64,000 nucleotides of DNA, taken from the NCBI GenBank assembly GCA_035717205.1, contig DASTIW010000006.1, positions 1,417 through 65,416 of the forward strand. The letters are read 5' to 3'. This stretch comes from Propionibacteriaceae bacterium. Its GTDB lineage: Bacteria; Actinomycetota; Actinomycetes; Propionibacteriales; Propionibacteriaceae. This document shows, piece by piece, positions 30,087-39,238 of this stretch. The notes beneath the pieces were generated by a model. The model saw nothing but the letters and a program-made list of their open reading frames with translations, was not told the origin of the DNA and searched no databases. Every line of letters starts with the position of its first letter. The stretch's first letter is position 1. Both the position numbers and the translations under genes were made by a program.

Positions 30087-31001
30087 ATGGATGAGGGTTT
30101 CGTCGTACGCCTGTGCCGGGATCTCCACGAGGAGGGGTACGGGGCCGCAGAGGTTGCGAAGCTGGTCGCCTCCGGGCAGCTCAAACGGATCCGCCGGGGA
30201 GGCTACGCCGCGAAGGCTGCCTCGAACGCCGTCGAGCTGCACCGTCAGCTGATTGCCGCGACCGTGCCGATGTGGCGAGCGACGCCTGCGTGAGCCACAT
30301 TTCCGCCGCGGTCGTACACGGCCTGCCGTCGTGGCCCGACTTGTTGTCCCGAGTGCATGTCATTCGGTCCCGGCACGGCGGTGGCCGGCGTGGGACCGTC
30401 GTCCATGTACATCCTGGGCGCCTCGAGGTCGGCGACGTCGTCGCGCTGGAGGACCTCCGGCTGACCAGCATCGCTCGGAGCGTCGCTGACTGTGCTCGTA
30501 CCGTGTCCTACATCCGTGCCGTGGCCATTGGCGACGCGGCGCTCCGCATCGGTCTGAACCGATCAGACCTGGCCGACTGCCTCGGTCGCACGGCCGGCTG
30601 CCGAGGGGCGGGGCAGGCGCGGCGGGTGGCATCCTTCATCGACCGAGGCGGGGAAAGCGTCGGCGAGTCCTTCAGCCGGATCCTGCTGCATAGGGCCGGC
30701 CTGCCGGTCCCTCGACTGCAGTTCGATGTGCGCGACGGCGCCGGGGTCACGGTGGCGCGAGCCGACTTCTGCTGGCAGGAGCAGCGGACGCTCGGCGAGT
30801 TCGACGGCAGGGTGAAGTACGGCCGACTGCTGAAACCGGGTGAGAGCCCTGGAGACGTCGTGTTCCGGGAGAAGGTACGTGAGGACATGGTCCGCGACCT
30901 CGGCTGGGAGGTGGTTCGTTGGACCTGGGACGACCTGGACCGCCCCGCCGTACTCGCTGAACGCCCTTCTCCGCGCATTCGCTCGCGGCCAGCGTCGCTG
31001 A
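30087..31001 (+). pseudogene. AbiEi-type wHTH + DUF559/Vsr-like nuclease-fold protein, frameshifted at about 30272 and about 30964
   Basis: Frame A: MDEG...LVASGQLKRIRRGGYA. Frame B: CVSHISAAVVHGLP, TSIARSVADCAR, ESVGESFSR, GLPVPRLQ, ARADF, GEFDGRVKY, VVRWTW. The expected end (E)RLLRAFARGQRR* appears only after removing one C at about 30964. Confidence 0.8.
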
Positions 31002-31061
31002 GGCCACACGGGCGCTCGGCCGGCTCGGGAGGTTCGCCGCACCCAGGGGACGGATGGCCGG

Positions 31062-31140
31062 CGCACATCTCCGATCCAGCCGCACATCTCCGATCCAGCC
31101 GCACACCTTGCGGGGTGTGCGCGAGCGTGGGGGGTGTGCG
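31062..31140 (+). repeat. Structured 60-nt repeat, copy 2 (31081-31140), preceded by a 19-nt tandem duplication of its 5' end
   Basis: cgcacatctccgatccagc at 31062 and 31081; inner stem cgcacacc-ttgcgg-ggtgtgcg; outer stem cgcaca/tgtgcg. Confidence 0.85.
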
Positions 31141-31178
31141 AGGAGCGGAACCGTCCGCGCCGCGGGGCGCGTGGGTGC

Positions 31179-31463
31179 TCAGCCGACGTCGGAGAAGTGC
31201 TCCACCCGGGGCGGGCCGGCGAAGTACGGGCTGATGGCGGCTCGCCAGCTGCGAAACCGGTCGGTCTGGCGGAAGTTCCGCTCATGTGCCACGACGGAGT
31301 CCCATTCGACCAGCAGGACGAACCTGTTGGGCGACTCGATGCCGCGGGTCATCCGGACCGATCTGCACCCGTCGGCGCCGCTCAGGACATCACGTATGCC
31401 GAGATACGCCGACTCGAAGCCGTCGGAGTCGGTGACGTCGAAGAGGGCCACTTCAAGAACCAT
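31179..31463 (-). CDS. Antibiotic biosynthesis monooxygenase (ABM) family protein
   Basis: FESAY..., GCRSVRMTRGIESPNRFVLLVEWDSVVAH, FRQTDRF. Confidence 0.85.
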   Translation of the reverse strand: MVLEVALFDVTDSDGFESAYLGIRDVLSGADGCRSVRMTRGIESPNRFVLLVEWDSVVAHERNFRQTDRFRSWRAAISPYFAGPPRVEHFSDVG

Positions 31464-31495
31464 GAGTTTCCGATCGTAGGGAGATGATGGAGACC

Positions 31496-32251
31496 TCAGA
31501 TCGGCAGTCGGCGAAACAGCGTACGGGGTACGTGCCGAAGTCCCGACATCACGAAACGCATCTGCGCCGGTACCCAGATGATCTCCCGCTTCTCCTTCAC
31601 CGCCGTCACGATCGCGTCGGCCACCTCTGCGGGGGTCACCGCCAACGGGGCGGGCGGCAACCCCTGCGTCATCTTGGACTTCACGAAGCCTGGCCGCACC
31701 ACCAGCACCCGTACGCCGGTGGGGCGGAGCGCCTCTCCCAGCCCGAGATAGAACCCGTCCAGCCCAGCCTTGGTGGATCCGTAGACGAAGTTCGAGCGGC
31801 GTACCCGCTCGCCAGCCACGCTGGACAGCGCCACGATCCGGCCGTGGGACTGCGCCTTCATCCGGTTGGACAGCAGCACTCCCAGATGCAGCGGTGCGAC
31901 GTAGTTCACCTCGGCCAGCTCGATCAGATGCTGCGGATCCGACCATGCCCGCTCCGCGTCCCCGAGCAAGCCGAAGGCAACCACCGCGATGTCGATGTCA
32001 CCGCCGGCGAAGGCCTGCTCGATCGCGGCCTCCCTGGATCCGGCGTCAACAGCCTCCAGGTCGACCTCCTCGACGGTGCAGCCGATCCCGGTCAGCTCCG
32101 CGGCCGCGGCGGTCCGGCGCTCGCTCGGTCGGGCCGCCAGCAGCACCCGCAGCGGTCGGACCTCGGCATACCGTCGAGCGACCGCAAGCGCGATATCGGA
32201 GGTACCGCCGAGGAGCAGCAGCGACTGGGGTGCGCCGAGGGCGTCGATCAT
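31496..32251 (-). CDS. dprE2: Decaprenylphospho-beta-D-erythro-pentofuranosid-2-ulose 2-reductase
   Basis: MIDALGAPQSLLLLGGTSDIA, AFGLLGD, SSVAGERVRRSNFVYGSTKAG, VRPGFV; follows dprE1. Confidence 0.9.
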   Translation of the reverse strand: MIDALGAPQSLLLLGGTSDIALAVARRYAEVRPLRVLLAARPSERRTAAAAELTGIGCTVEEVDLEAVDAGSREAAIEQAFAGGDIDIAVVAFGLLGDAERAWSDPQHLIELAEVNYVAPLHLGVLLSNRMKAQSHGRIVALSSVAGERVRRSNFVYGSTKAGLDGFYLGLGEALRPTGVRVLVVRPGFVKSKMTQGLPPAPLAVTPAEVADAIVTAVKEKREIIWVPAQMRFVMSGLRHVPRTLFRRLPI

Positions 32252-32308
32252 GGTTCTCCTTTCTCGATGCCGCCCGAGTCCCGGGCGGCTGGATGGCTGG
32301 TTGGCCGG

Positions 32309-33730
32309 TCAGCGCAGCTGCAGGCGTCGGGCCAGGTCGGAGTTGAACAGACCGTCGGGGTCAACCTGCCGACGGATGGCGAGGAACTCGTCCACCCGCG
32401 GATACATCTGCCGAAATGTCGACGCGCTCATTCGGGAATCTTTGGCCAGATACACCCGACCGCCCGCGGCCACGACCAGCTCGTCAAGGGTGTTGCACAG
32501 GGTGTCCAGGCCCTCCTCGATCGGCAGGTCGACCGTCAGCGTCCATCCGGGCATCGGGAACGACAGGGGAGCCTGGTTGCCCTCGCCGAAGCGCTTCAAC
32601 ACGTTCAGGCAGGACACGTGGTCCGACCTCACAATCAGCTCGAAGCACCGGCGAAACGTCTCATGCTCACTGAACGGGACCACGAACTGGTACTGCAGAA
32701 ACCCATGCGGCCCGTACAGCCGGTTCCACTCGGCCACCACGTCGAGCGGGTGAAAGAACGCGGTGATGTTCTGCAGCTCGCCAACCTTGTACTTGGGCGC
32801 CTTGTAGTACCACGCCGTGCTGAACGCCTTCGCGGTCGCCTTGTTCACCATCTTGTTCGGGAAGACCTCCGGGATGGTCCCCAGCGAGGGCGCGACGAAC
32901 TGCAACGGGTCGCGGCGCAGCTTGGGGGTCAGGTCCTGCAGCCGGGCCTTGTTGCCGCGCGTCAGGACCGCCCGGCCCATGTTCTTGCCCCGGCTGACGG
33001 CGTCGAACCAGGCCACCGAGTAGGTGTACGCGTCGTCGCCGTCGCTCATCCGCGCCATCAGCGTGTCCAGGTTCTGGCAGCGCTCGGTATCCACCAGGAA
33101 GTACGCGGTCTCGGTGCGCTGGAGAGCCAAGGTGGCGCCGAGCACAACGCCGGTCAGACCCATCCCGCCGATGGTCGCCCAGAACAGTGGCGCGGTGTCG
33201 CCGGTCGGCGTCAGCGTCTGCACCTCCCCGTTGGCGCGGAGCAGCTCCAGCGAGACCACGTGGTTGCCGAAGCTGCCATCGACGTGATGGTTCTTGCCGT
33301 GCACATCGGCGGCGATGGCGCCCCCGACAGTCACCTGACGGGTGCCGGGCAGCACCGGTACCCACAGCCGGAACGGCAGCAGGGTGCGCATCAAGGAGTC
33401 CAGGCTGACGCCCGCCTGCACCTGTACGGTCGGTGGCTCGCTCTCGGCGTCGACCGACAGCACCCGGTTCAACTTGGTGAGGTCGAGGGCGGTCCCGCCG
33501 GCGTTCTGCGCAGCGTCCCCGTAGCTGCGCCCCAGGCCGCGGGGCACAACCCCCCGACCGGACCGCTCAGCCGAGCGCAGCGCGGAGACCGCGCCGGAGA
33601 TCGACTCGATCTGGGTGAGGTGCGCGCTGGTCGACGAGGCCCGGCCCCAGCCCTGCAGCGGGACCATCGGCTGCTCCTCCGGCATCGACGGGGTGATCTT
33701 GGTTTCCTCGTACGGGAAGTCGTCGCTCAA
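32309..33730 (-). CDS. dprE1: Decaprenylphospho-beta-D-ribofuranose 2-dehydrogenase (FAD oxidoreductase)
   Basis: GWGR, RGLGRSYGDAAQN, PGTRQVTVGGAIAADVHGKNHH, GGMGLTG, YSVAW, FLQYQ, VLKRFG, GRVYLAKD; TTG 33730 overlaps the ubiA stop. Confidence 0.9.
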   Translation of the reverse strand: MSDDFPYEETKITPSMPEEQPMVPLQGWGRASSTSAHLTQIESISGAVSALRSAERSGRGVVPRGLGRSYGDAAQNAGGTALDLTKLNRVLSVDAESEPPTVQVQAGVSLDSLMRTLLPFRLWVPVLPGTRQVTVGGAIAADVHGKNHHVDGSFGNHVVSLELLRANGEVQTLTPTGDTAPLFWATIGGMGLTGVVLGATLALQRTETAYFLVDTERCQNLDTLMARMSDGDDAYTYSVAWFDAVSRGKNMGRAVLTRGNKARLQDLTPKLRRDPLQFVAPSLGTIPEVFPNKMVNKATAKAFSTAWYYKAPKYKVGELQNITAFFHPLDVVAEWNRLYGPHGFLQYQFVVPFSEHETFRRCFELIVRSDHVSCLNVLKRFGEGNQAPLSFPMPGWTLTVDLPIEEGLDTLCNTLDELVVAAGGRVYLAKDSRMSASTFRQMYPRVDEFLAIRRQVDPDGLFNSDLARRLQLR

Positions 33731-34626
33731 CCGAACACCGCAATCGAGATCAACACCAGCCACACCAATCCAATCCCTTGCAGCACATGGTCATGCAAGA
33801 CGACATCTTCGGGTTCACCAGCGGCTCCAGCATCCACCTCCAACGCGTACTGCAACAACCCGAGGGTGAAGGGAGCTATCGACAACGCCGTCCATGGCAC
33901 GCCGAACGCGGGCTCGGACGCGTTCTCGAACGCCCACAGGCTGTAGGAGATCAGCACCATCGCGGCCGCTAGCATCCAGGCGAACCGGAGGTAGGACTGC
34001 GAGTACCGGCCGAGCGACCGCCGGGTGCCGGCGTCGACGCCGATGTCCTTGTGCTCGGAGTATCGCTTGCCGGCCACCATGAACAGCGAGCCGAAGGAGG
34101 CCACCAGCAAGAACCACTGACTCAACGGGATGTCACTGGCGACACCGCCGGCGATGGCGCGGAGCAGGAACCCGCTGGAGACCATGGCGAGGTCGACGAC
34201 GGGAAGGTGCTTGAGGACCATCGAGTAGACGATCTGGAGCGCCAGGTAGACCGCGAGCGTGATGCCGAGGCCCATCGTGGTGAGGAAACCCAGGGCCAGA
34301 CCGGCCGCGCCGGTGACGGCGGCCAGCACGAGGGCCGCGCCGGGACTGATCTCGTTCGCGGCGATCGGGCGCAGCCGCTTGCGCGGATGTAGCCGGTCCT
34401 CCTCCACGTCGTGGACGTCGTTGATCAGATAGACGCACGCGCTCACCAGACAGAACGCGACAAACGCCCGGACCGCACCCAGCAAGACGGCTGTGTTGAA
34501 AAGCTCACCGGCGGCCAGCGGCGCGGCCAGCACGAGAACGTTCTTGACCCACTGATGGGGCCGCATCGCACGCACGGCGGCCGGGACTCTGGTCTGTCGG
34601 AGGGTGAGCTGGTTCGGTTCGGACAT
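33727..34626 (-). CDS. ubiA: Decaprenyl-phosphate phosphoribosyltransferase (UbiA family)
   Basis: RPHQWVKNVLV, YLINDVHDVEEDRLHPRKRLRP, LKHLPVVD, FLLRAIAG, GKRYSE, GEPEDV. Confidence 0.92.
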   Translation of the reverse strand: MSEPNQLTLRQTRVPAAVRAMRPHQWVKNVLVLAAPLAAGELFNTAVLLGAVRAFVAFCLVSACVYLINDVHDVEEDRLHPRKRLRPIAANEISPGAALVLAAVTGAAGLALGFLTTMGLGITLAVYLALQIVYSMVLKHLPVVDLAMVSSGFLLRAIAGGVASDIPLSQWFLLVASFGSLFMVAGKRYSEHKDIGVDAGTRRSLGRYSQSYLRFAWMLAAAMVLISYSLWAFENASEPAFGVPWTALSIAPFTLGLLQYALEVDAGAAGEPEDVVLHDHVLQGIGLVWLVLISIAVFG

Positions 34627-34788
34627 CTCGGGTCGACCTTAGCCGCCCGGTTCGGCCGGTACCCAATTCCGGACCCGGGTCGGCGCGTCCGGCCCAGCGG
34701 TTCGGAGACGAGCCGGCCTGCACACTCCCCGCTGCCCACGCCCCGCGCCCGGGCCTTCGAGCGTGCCGCAGGGAACTACGTTTGACCC

Positions 34789-35307
34789 GTGCGTGTACCC
34801 AGATCTCGGTCGGCGGCCGCCGCCAGGCTGGTCGGTCTTCTCGGGCTGGTCGGTGTTCTCGGGCTGCTCGGTCTGGTCGGTCTGGTCGGTCTCGTCGGAC
34901 TGGCCGGCTGCGGTACCAGCGCGCAGCTGCCTGCTGACTTGCCCACGCCGGACCGGGGGAGCGCACCGCCACCTGCGCCGGACTCCACCCCGGTCCCGGT
35001 TCGAGTACCCGAGGATGGGATCACCTTGGCCTCGCTGGGATTCGAGCACGGCCCGATCGGCAGTTTCTCGCTGCCCAGGTCGGCGGTGATCTCCACCCGA
35101 GTGGATCAGCCGAACGCTGTCACGGTGGTCCTCAGTGCCCCTTCGACGAGCGCCATTGCACGTTATCTGAGCCGAGCGCTACCGCTCACCGGTTACCGAG
35201 TCACCGCAGCGACCCCATCGGCAACAGCCATCATCTTCACCGGCTACGGCTGGGAGGGCTCGTTCACCGGCACAGCTCAGACCGCGGCGATCGCGCTGCG
35301 CCGGTGA
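34789..35307 (+). CDS. Putative lipoprotein with a repeat-expanded signal peptide
   Basis: Basic N-region, (L/V)(V/L)G x9, lipobox LAGC (Cys41), Pro-rich linker. Confidence 0.7.
   Translation: MRVPRSRSAAAARLVGLLGLVGVLGLLGLVGLVGLVGLAGCGTSAQLPADLPTPDRGSAPPPAPDSTPVPVRVPEDGITLASLGFEHGPIGSFSLPRSAVISTRVDQPNAVTVVLSAPSTSAIARYLSRALPLTGYRVTAATPSATAIIFTGYGWEGSFTGTAQTAAIALRR
34828..34908 (+). repeat. In-frame 9-bp VNTR (9 units, consensus ctggtcggt)
   Basis: ctggtcggt cttctcggg ctggtcggt gttctcggg ctgctcggt ctggtcggt ctggtcggt ctcgtcgga ctggccggc. Confidence 0.88.
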
Positions 35308-36542
35308 GGACGGGCCCGATGATGCTGGTCGGCCGCGCCGAGCTGAGGGAACGCTCACGGCTGCTGGGGCCCGCCTTCGTGGCGGCCGTCGCCTACGTCG
35401 ATCCCGGCAACGTGGCGACCAACACTGCGGCCGGCGCCACCTACGGCTACCTGCTGCTGTGGGTCCTGGTCGGTGCCACCATGATGGCCGGCCTGGTGCA
35501 ATACCTGTCGGCCAAGGTCGGCTGGCTGACCGGTGAATCCCTTCCGGCCCTGGTTGGCGACCGGAACCGCCGCTTCGTCCGGCTCGCTTACTGGGTGCAG
35601 GCCGAGCTGGTCGCGGTGGCGACCGACATCGCCGAGATTGTCGGCGGAGCTGTGGCGCTGCAGCTGCTCTTCGGACTGCCCACCGTGGTGGGCGCCCTGA
35701 TCACCACCGCAGTCTCCACCAGCCTGCTGCTCGTGCAGGACCGGCGCGGCCAACGTACCTTCGAAGCGGTGATCACCGGCTTGCTGGCGATCGTCAGCAT
35801 CGGCTTCCTGTCCGGACTCGTGCTGGCCCCGCCCGACCCCAGCCAGGCGACCGCCGGACTGGTCCCGCGGCTTGCCGGTGCCGACAGTGCACTGCTGGCC
35901 GTCGGCATGCTCGGGGCGACGGTGATGCCGCACGCGGTCTACCTCCACTCGGCGCTGGTCCGAGACCGTCACGGGAAAGCCGACAAGTCCTGCGCACGAC
36001 CCACCCTGCGGGGGATTCGGCTCGACGTCACGCTGGCGATGATCGTTGCCGGGGCGGTCAACATCGGCATGCTGCTGCTGGCCGCCAGCACCCTGTTCGG
36101 TCTGGAGATCGCCAATCTCCAGGATGCGCACGCCGGTGTCCAGACGCAGCTAGGCAACCTGATCGGCGCAACCTTCGCCCTCGGACTGCTCGCATCGGGC
36201 CTTGCCTCCACCTCCGTCGGCGGATACGCCGGGGCGGTGATCATGGCCGGACTGCTGCACCGGCGGATCCCGCTGATCTGGCGACGCATCCTCACCGCAG
36301 TCCCGGCGCTGGTGCTGTTGGCGCTGGGCATGGACCCGACCCGGCTGCTAATCCTGTCGCAGGTGACCCTGTCCTTCGGCATCCCCTTCGCACTGGTCCC
36401 GCTGGTGCGGATCGCGCGCGACCGTCGGCTCATGCGGCTGGTGCCCACCCACCGGGGCACCATTGTGAGCGCCTGGGCCGTGGTCGGGATCGTGGTCACG
36501 CTGAACCTGGTGCTGATCGTGCTGACCGTTGCGGAGGCCTGA
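35304..36542 (+). CDS. mntH: Nramp-family divalent metal (Mn2+) transporter
   Basis: AYVDPGN and MPHAVYLHS signature motifs; ILSQVTLSFGIP. Confidence 0.95.
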   Translation: MRTGPMMLVGRAELRERSRLLGPAFVAAVAYVDPGNVATNTAAGATYGYLLLWVLVGATMMAGLVQYLSAKVGWLTGESLPALVGDRNRRFVRLAYWVQAELVAVATDIAEIVGGAVALQLLFGLPTVVGALITTAVSTSLLLVQDRRGQRTFEAVITGLLAIVSIGFLSGLVLAPPDPSQATAGLVPRLAGADSALLAVGMLGATVMPHAVYLHSALVRDRHGKADKSCARPTLRGIRLDVTLAMIVAGAVNIGMLLLAASTLFGLEIANLQDAHAGVQTQLGNLIGATFALGLLASGLASTSVGGYAGAVIMAGLLHRRIPLIWRRILTAVPALVLLALGMDPTRLLILSQVTLSFGIPFALVPLVRIARDRRLMRLVPTHRGTIVSAWAVVGIVVTLNLVLIVLTVAEA

Positions 36543-36566
36543 GGGCCTGGCGATGTCACCCGTTCG

Positions 36567-37241
36567 TCAGGCCTGACGGGTCAGGCGTGATTCGTCCGGT
36601 GAGATCTGTTCGGCCGGGTCGTTCTCGGTGTGCACCCACAGCCTGGGCCAGGCCACACCGAGGTCGGCCAGCATGGTGCGGACCAGCGGCAGGCTGATCC
36701 CGACCACGTTGTGGTGATCACCCTCGATGCGGGAGACGAACGGCCCGCCAAGCCCGTCCACGGTGAAGCCGCCGGCCACCTGCAGCGGCTCGCCGGTGGC
36801 GACGTACGCCTCCACCTCGGCATCGCTGAGGTGGGCGAAGTGCACCACGGTGGATGCCGTCTCGCTCCTCGCGGACCGGCGGGCGTGGTCGATCAGCATG
36901 ACGTGGTGCCCGGTGTGCAGCACACCCGACCGGCCACGCATCCGGTACCAGCGCTCGACCGCAGTCTGGGGAGTTCCCGGCTTGCCGTGGACTTGACCGT
37001 CAAGCTCGAGTACGGAGTCGCAGCCGATCACCACCGTGAGGGCTGAGCCGGGGGCCAGCTGCTCGGCCACGGTCTCCGCCTTGAGCGTGGCCAGCGCTTG
37101 CGCCAGTCCCGCGGCGGTCGGAGCCGCTACCGCGCCCTCGTCAACCCCGGAGACCGTCTGCTCGGGGTTCAACCCAGCCTGTCGCAGGGTCGCCAGGCGT
37201 GCCGGCGAAGCCGAGGCCAGCACCAGCCGGATCGTTGTCAT
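36567..37241 (-). CDS. maf: Maf family nucleoside-triphosphate pyrophosphatase
   Basis: LVLASASPAR, LKA, IGCDS, GKP, GEPLQVAGGF, EGDHHNVVGISL. Confidence 0.93.
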   Translation of the reverse strand: MTTIRLVLASASPARLATLRQAGLNPEQTVSGVDEGAVAAPTAAGLAQALATLKAETVAEQLAPGSALTVVIGCDSVLELDGQVHGKPGTPQTAVERWYRMRGRSGVLHTGHHVMLIDHARRSARSETASTVVHFAHLSDAEVEAYVATGEPLQVAGGFTVDGLGGPFVSRIEGDHHNVVGISLPLVRTMLADLGVAWPRLWVHTENDPAEQISPDESRLTRQA

Positions 37242-37266
37242 GGCGTTCTCCTGGCGCGATCGGGCG

Positions 37267-38976
37267 TCACAGCCGGGCCAACGCGCGCCGCAGCGGGTCG
37301 AGGCCGAGCGGGCCGAGGTTGAGCGCGGCGGCATGGAAGCGTCGCAGGTCGAAGTCGGCGCCTTTGCGGGCACGGGCCTCCTCGCGGGCGGCAAGCCAGA
37401 TCCGTTCGCCAATCTTGTACGACGGCGCCTGGCCGGGCCAGCCGAGATAGCGGTCCAGCTCGAACCGCAGCGTCTGTTCATCCAGGGAGCAGTTGGCCGT
37501 CAAGAACTCGAAGCCTGCCGCCGGTGTCCACCGCTCGCCCGGGCGGAAGCCCCACGCATTGTCGGCGGGGATCTTCAGCTGCAGGTGCATGCCGATGTCG
37601 ATGATCACCCGGATGGCCCGGAAGGCTTGGGAGTCCAGCATGCCCATCTTGTCGCCAGGGTCGTCGAGATACCCGAGGTCGTCCATCAGCCTCTCGGCGT
37701 AGAGCGCCCAGCCCTCGCCGTGTCCTGCGACGAAGCACAGCTGCCGCTGCCACCGGTTCAGCAGGTCCTTGCGGTACGCGTTCTGGGCAATCTGCAGATG
37801 ATGCCCGGGCACCCCCTCGTGGTAGACGACGGTGACCTCCTTCCAGGTGTGGAAGTCCTCGATGCCCTCAGGCACCGCCCACCACATCGCTCCCGGTCTG
37901 GAGAAGTCCTCCGTCGGCGGCCGGTAGTAGATGGCACCCTCATGGGTTGGCGCCAGGCAGCAGTCGATCTTCTTGATGGGGTCGGGGATGTCGAAGTGCT
38001 TGCCGGCAAGCTCCTCGACGGCCTGGTCGGCGAGCCGCTGCATCCAGTCCCGGAAGTTTTCCGCACCGTGGATCCGTCGAGCGTCGTCGGCGTCCAAGGC
38101 CGCACAGGCCTGTGCGATGTCGTCGCTGCCGACCAGCTCGCGGGCGATCGTACGCTGGTCGTCCTGGATCCGCCGGAGCTCGTCCCAGCCCCAGGCGTAG
38201 GTCTCCTCCAGGTCAATCGTGGCGCCCAGGGACTCACGCGAGTTCAGCGCGTAGCGCTCCGCGCCGACAGCGTCCAGGCTGGGCGCCAGCGGTGCAAGCT
38301 CGTCGGTCAGGAAGCGGCCGAAGGCGGCGAACTGCTCCCTGGCGCTGTCGGCGGCTGCCCCGACCGCACGGTGCACGGTCTCGGGCATCTCGGCCGGGAC
38401 GCGGTCCCGCATTCCGGCGAAGTAGTCGTCGCTGCCGGTCTCACCACACCAGTCCTTGATCTGGTCCGCGGTGCCCGTCACCTGTCGGACGGCCGAGATG
38501 TTCCCGGCGTCGGCCTCCGCCAGCAAGCGGCGACGGGTCTGCTGCAGCGGGTCGCCGATGGTCCGCAGCCGGGTCGCGATGTTGTGCCAGGCTTCAGCAG
38601 TGGCGGTCGGCATCAGGTCGAGGATTGACAGGATCTGCTGCGCTGTGCCCACCGCGACGCTGACCCTGCTTGTAGTGACGTGGGCGTCGTAGAGCTCGTC
38701 CTCCAGGCCGAGGCGCTCCAGCATGGACTCCTTGGCGACGTTCTCGCGCTGGTCGCAGGGCCGAGCGCCGTGCAGTTCCACGATCGTCTTCCGGACGTGG
38801 GCGATGTGGTCCGCCATGCCGTCCACCGAGTAGTCGCTCCAGAGATGGTCCGAGCCAGGAAGTCCCAGCGAGGTGGCCAGCTCCGGATAGCGTGCCGCGC
38901 ACTCCTCCACGTAGCGTTCCGCGATGGAGTCCACCGCACGGGTCTGGTCCGGCGCGGTAACCAGGTGGTGGGTCAC
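37267..38976 (-). CDS. DUF885 domain-containing protein
   Basis: YHEGVPGHHLQ, EGWALYAE, FRAIRVIIDIGMH, RYLGWPGQAPSYKIGE. Confidence 0.92.
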   Translation of the reverse strand: MTHHLVTAPDQTRAVDSIAERYVEECAARYPELATSLGLPGSDHLWSDYSVDGMADHIAHVRKTIVELHGARPCDQRENVAKESMLERLGLEDELYDAHVTTSRVSVAVGTAQQILSILDLMPTATAEAWHNIATRLRTIGDPLQQTRRRLLAEADAGNISAVRQVTGTADQIKDWCGETGSDDYFAGMRDRVPAEMPETVHRAVGAAADSAREQFAAFGRFLTDELAPLAPSLDAVGAERYALNSRESLGATIDLEETYAWGWDELRRIQDDQRTIARELVGSDDIAQACAALDADDARRIHGAENFRDWMQRLADQAVEELAGKHFDIPDPIKKIDCCLAPTHEGAIYYRPPTEDFSRPGAMWWAVPEGIEDFHTWKEVTVVYHEGVPGHHLQIAQNAYRKDLLNRWQRQLCFVAGHGEGWALYAERLMDDLGYLDDPGDKMGMLDSQAFRAIRVIIDIGMHLQLKIPADNAWGFRPGERWTPAAGFEFLTANCSLDEQTLRFELDRYLGWPGQAPSYKIGERIWLAAREEARARKGADFDLRRFHAAALNLGPLGLDPLRRALARL

Positions 38977-39007
38977 CGGGTCAGACTAACGTCCGGGTCA
39001 CGAAGAC

Positions 39008-39238
39008 TCAGAGGCTCCCGCGACCGGATGCCCGCCACACCCCTGGACCCGGCTGAAGAGGAACGCGCAGGCTGCGCCAGTAGGCCGACCAGCCGAAGTC
39101 GCCGCGCGGAGTGCCCGGCTCAGGCGCAGCTGCGGAGGCGGCTCGAAGCACCGCGACCAGGGCAGCGAGCTCCTCGTCGGTGGGTGAGCCCTTCACTACC
39201 GAGAAACTCGGCCGCGCCGGCTGGTCGTGGTCGGTCAC
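39008..39238 (-). CDS. accE: Acyl-CoA carboxylase epsilon subunit
   Basis: [18 protein letters not shown]...W motif; GTG overlaps the accD5 stop. Confidence 0.88.
   Translation of the reverse strand: MTDHDQPARPSFSVVKGSPTDEELAALVAVLRAASAAAPEPGTPRGDFGWSAYWRSLRVPLQPGPGVWRASGRGSL

Noticed and set aside
29915-31178. Classical IS element
   Set aside because: No DDE, HUH or serine/tyrosine recombinase motifs, no terminal inverted repeats and no evident target-site duplication. Kept only as an unclassified repeat-flanked unit
30113-31234. 373-aa ORF as an intact gene
   Set aside because: Its first 50 or so and last 90 or so residues are out-of-frame, low-complexity sequence; the real N- and C-termini lie in other frames
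31484-33946. 820-aa plus-strand ORF
   Set aside because: Antisense shadow of dprE2/dprE1/ubiA in GC-rich DNA, with no recognisable motifs
34639-35049. Minus-strand ORF with TDQ/PE repeats
   Set aside because: Antisense reading of the 9-bp VNTR of the lipoprotein gene, which has a proper lipobox
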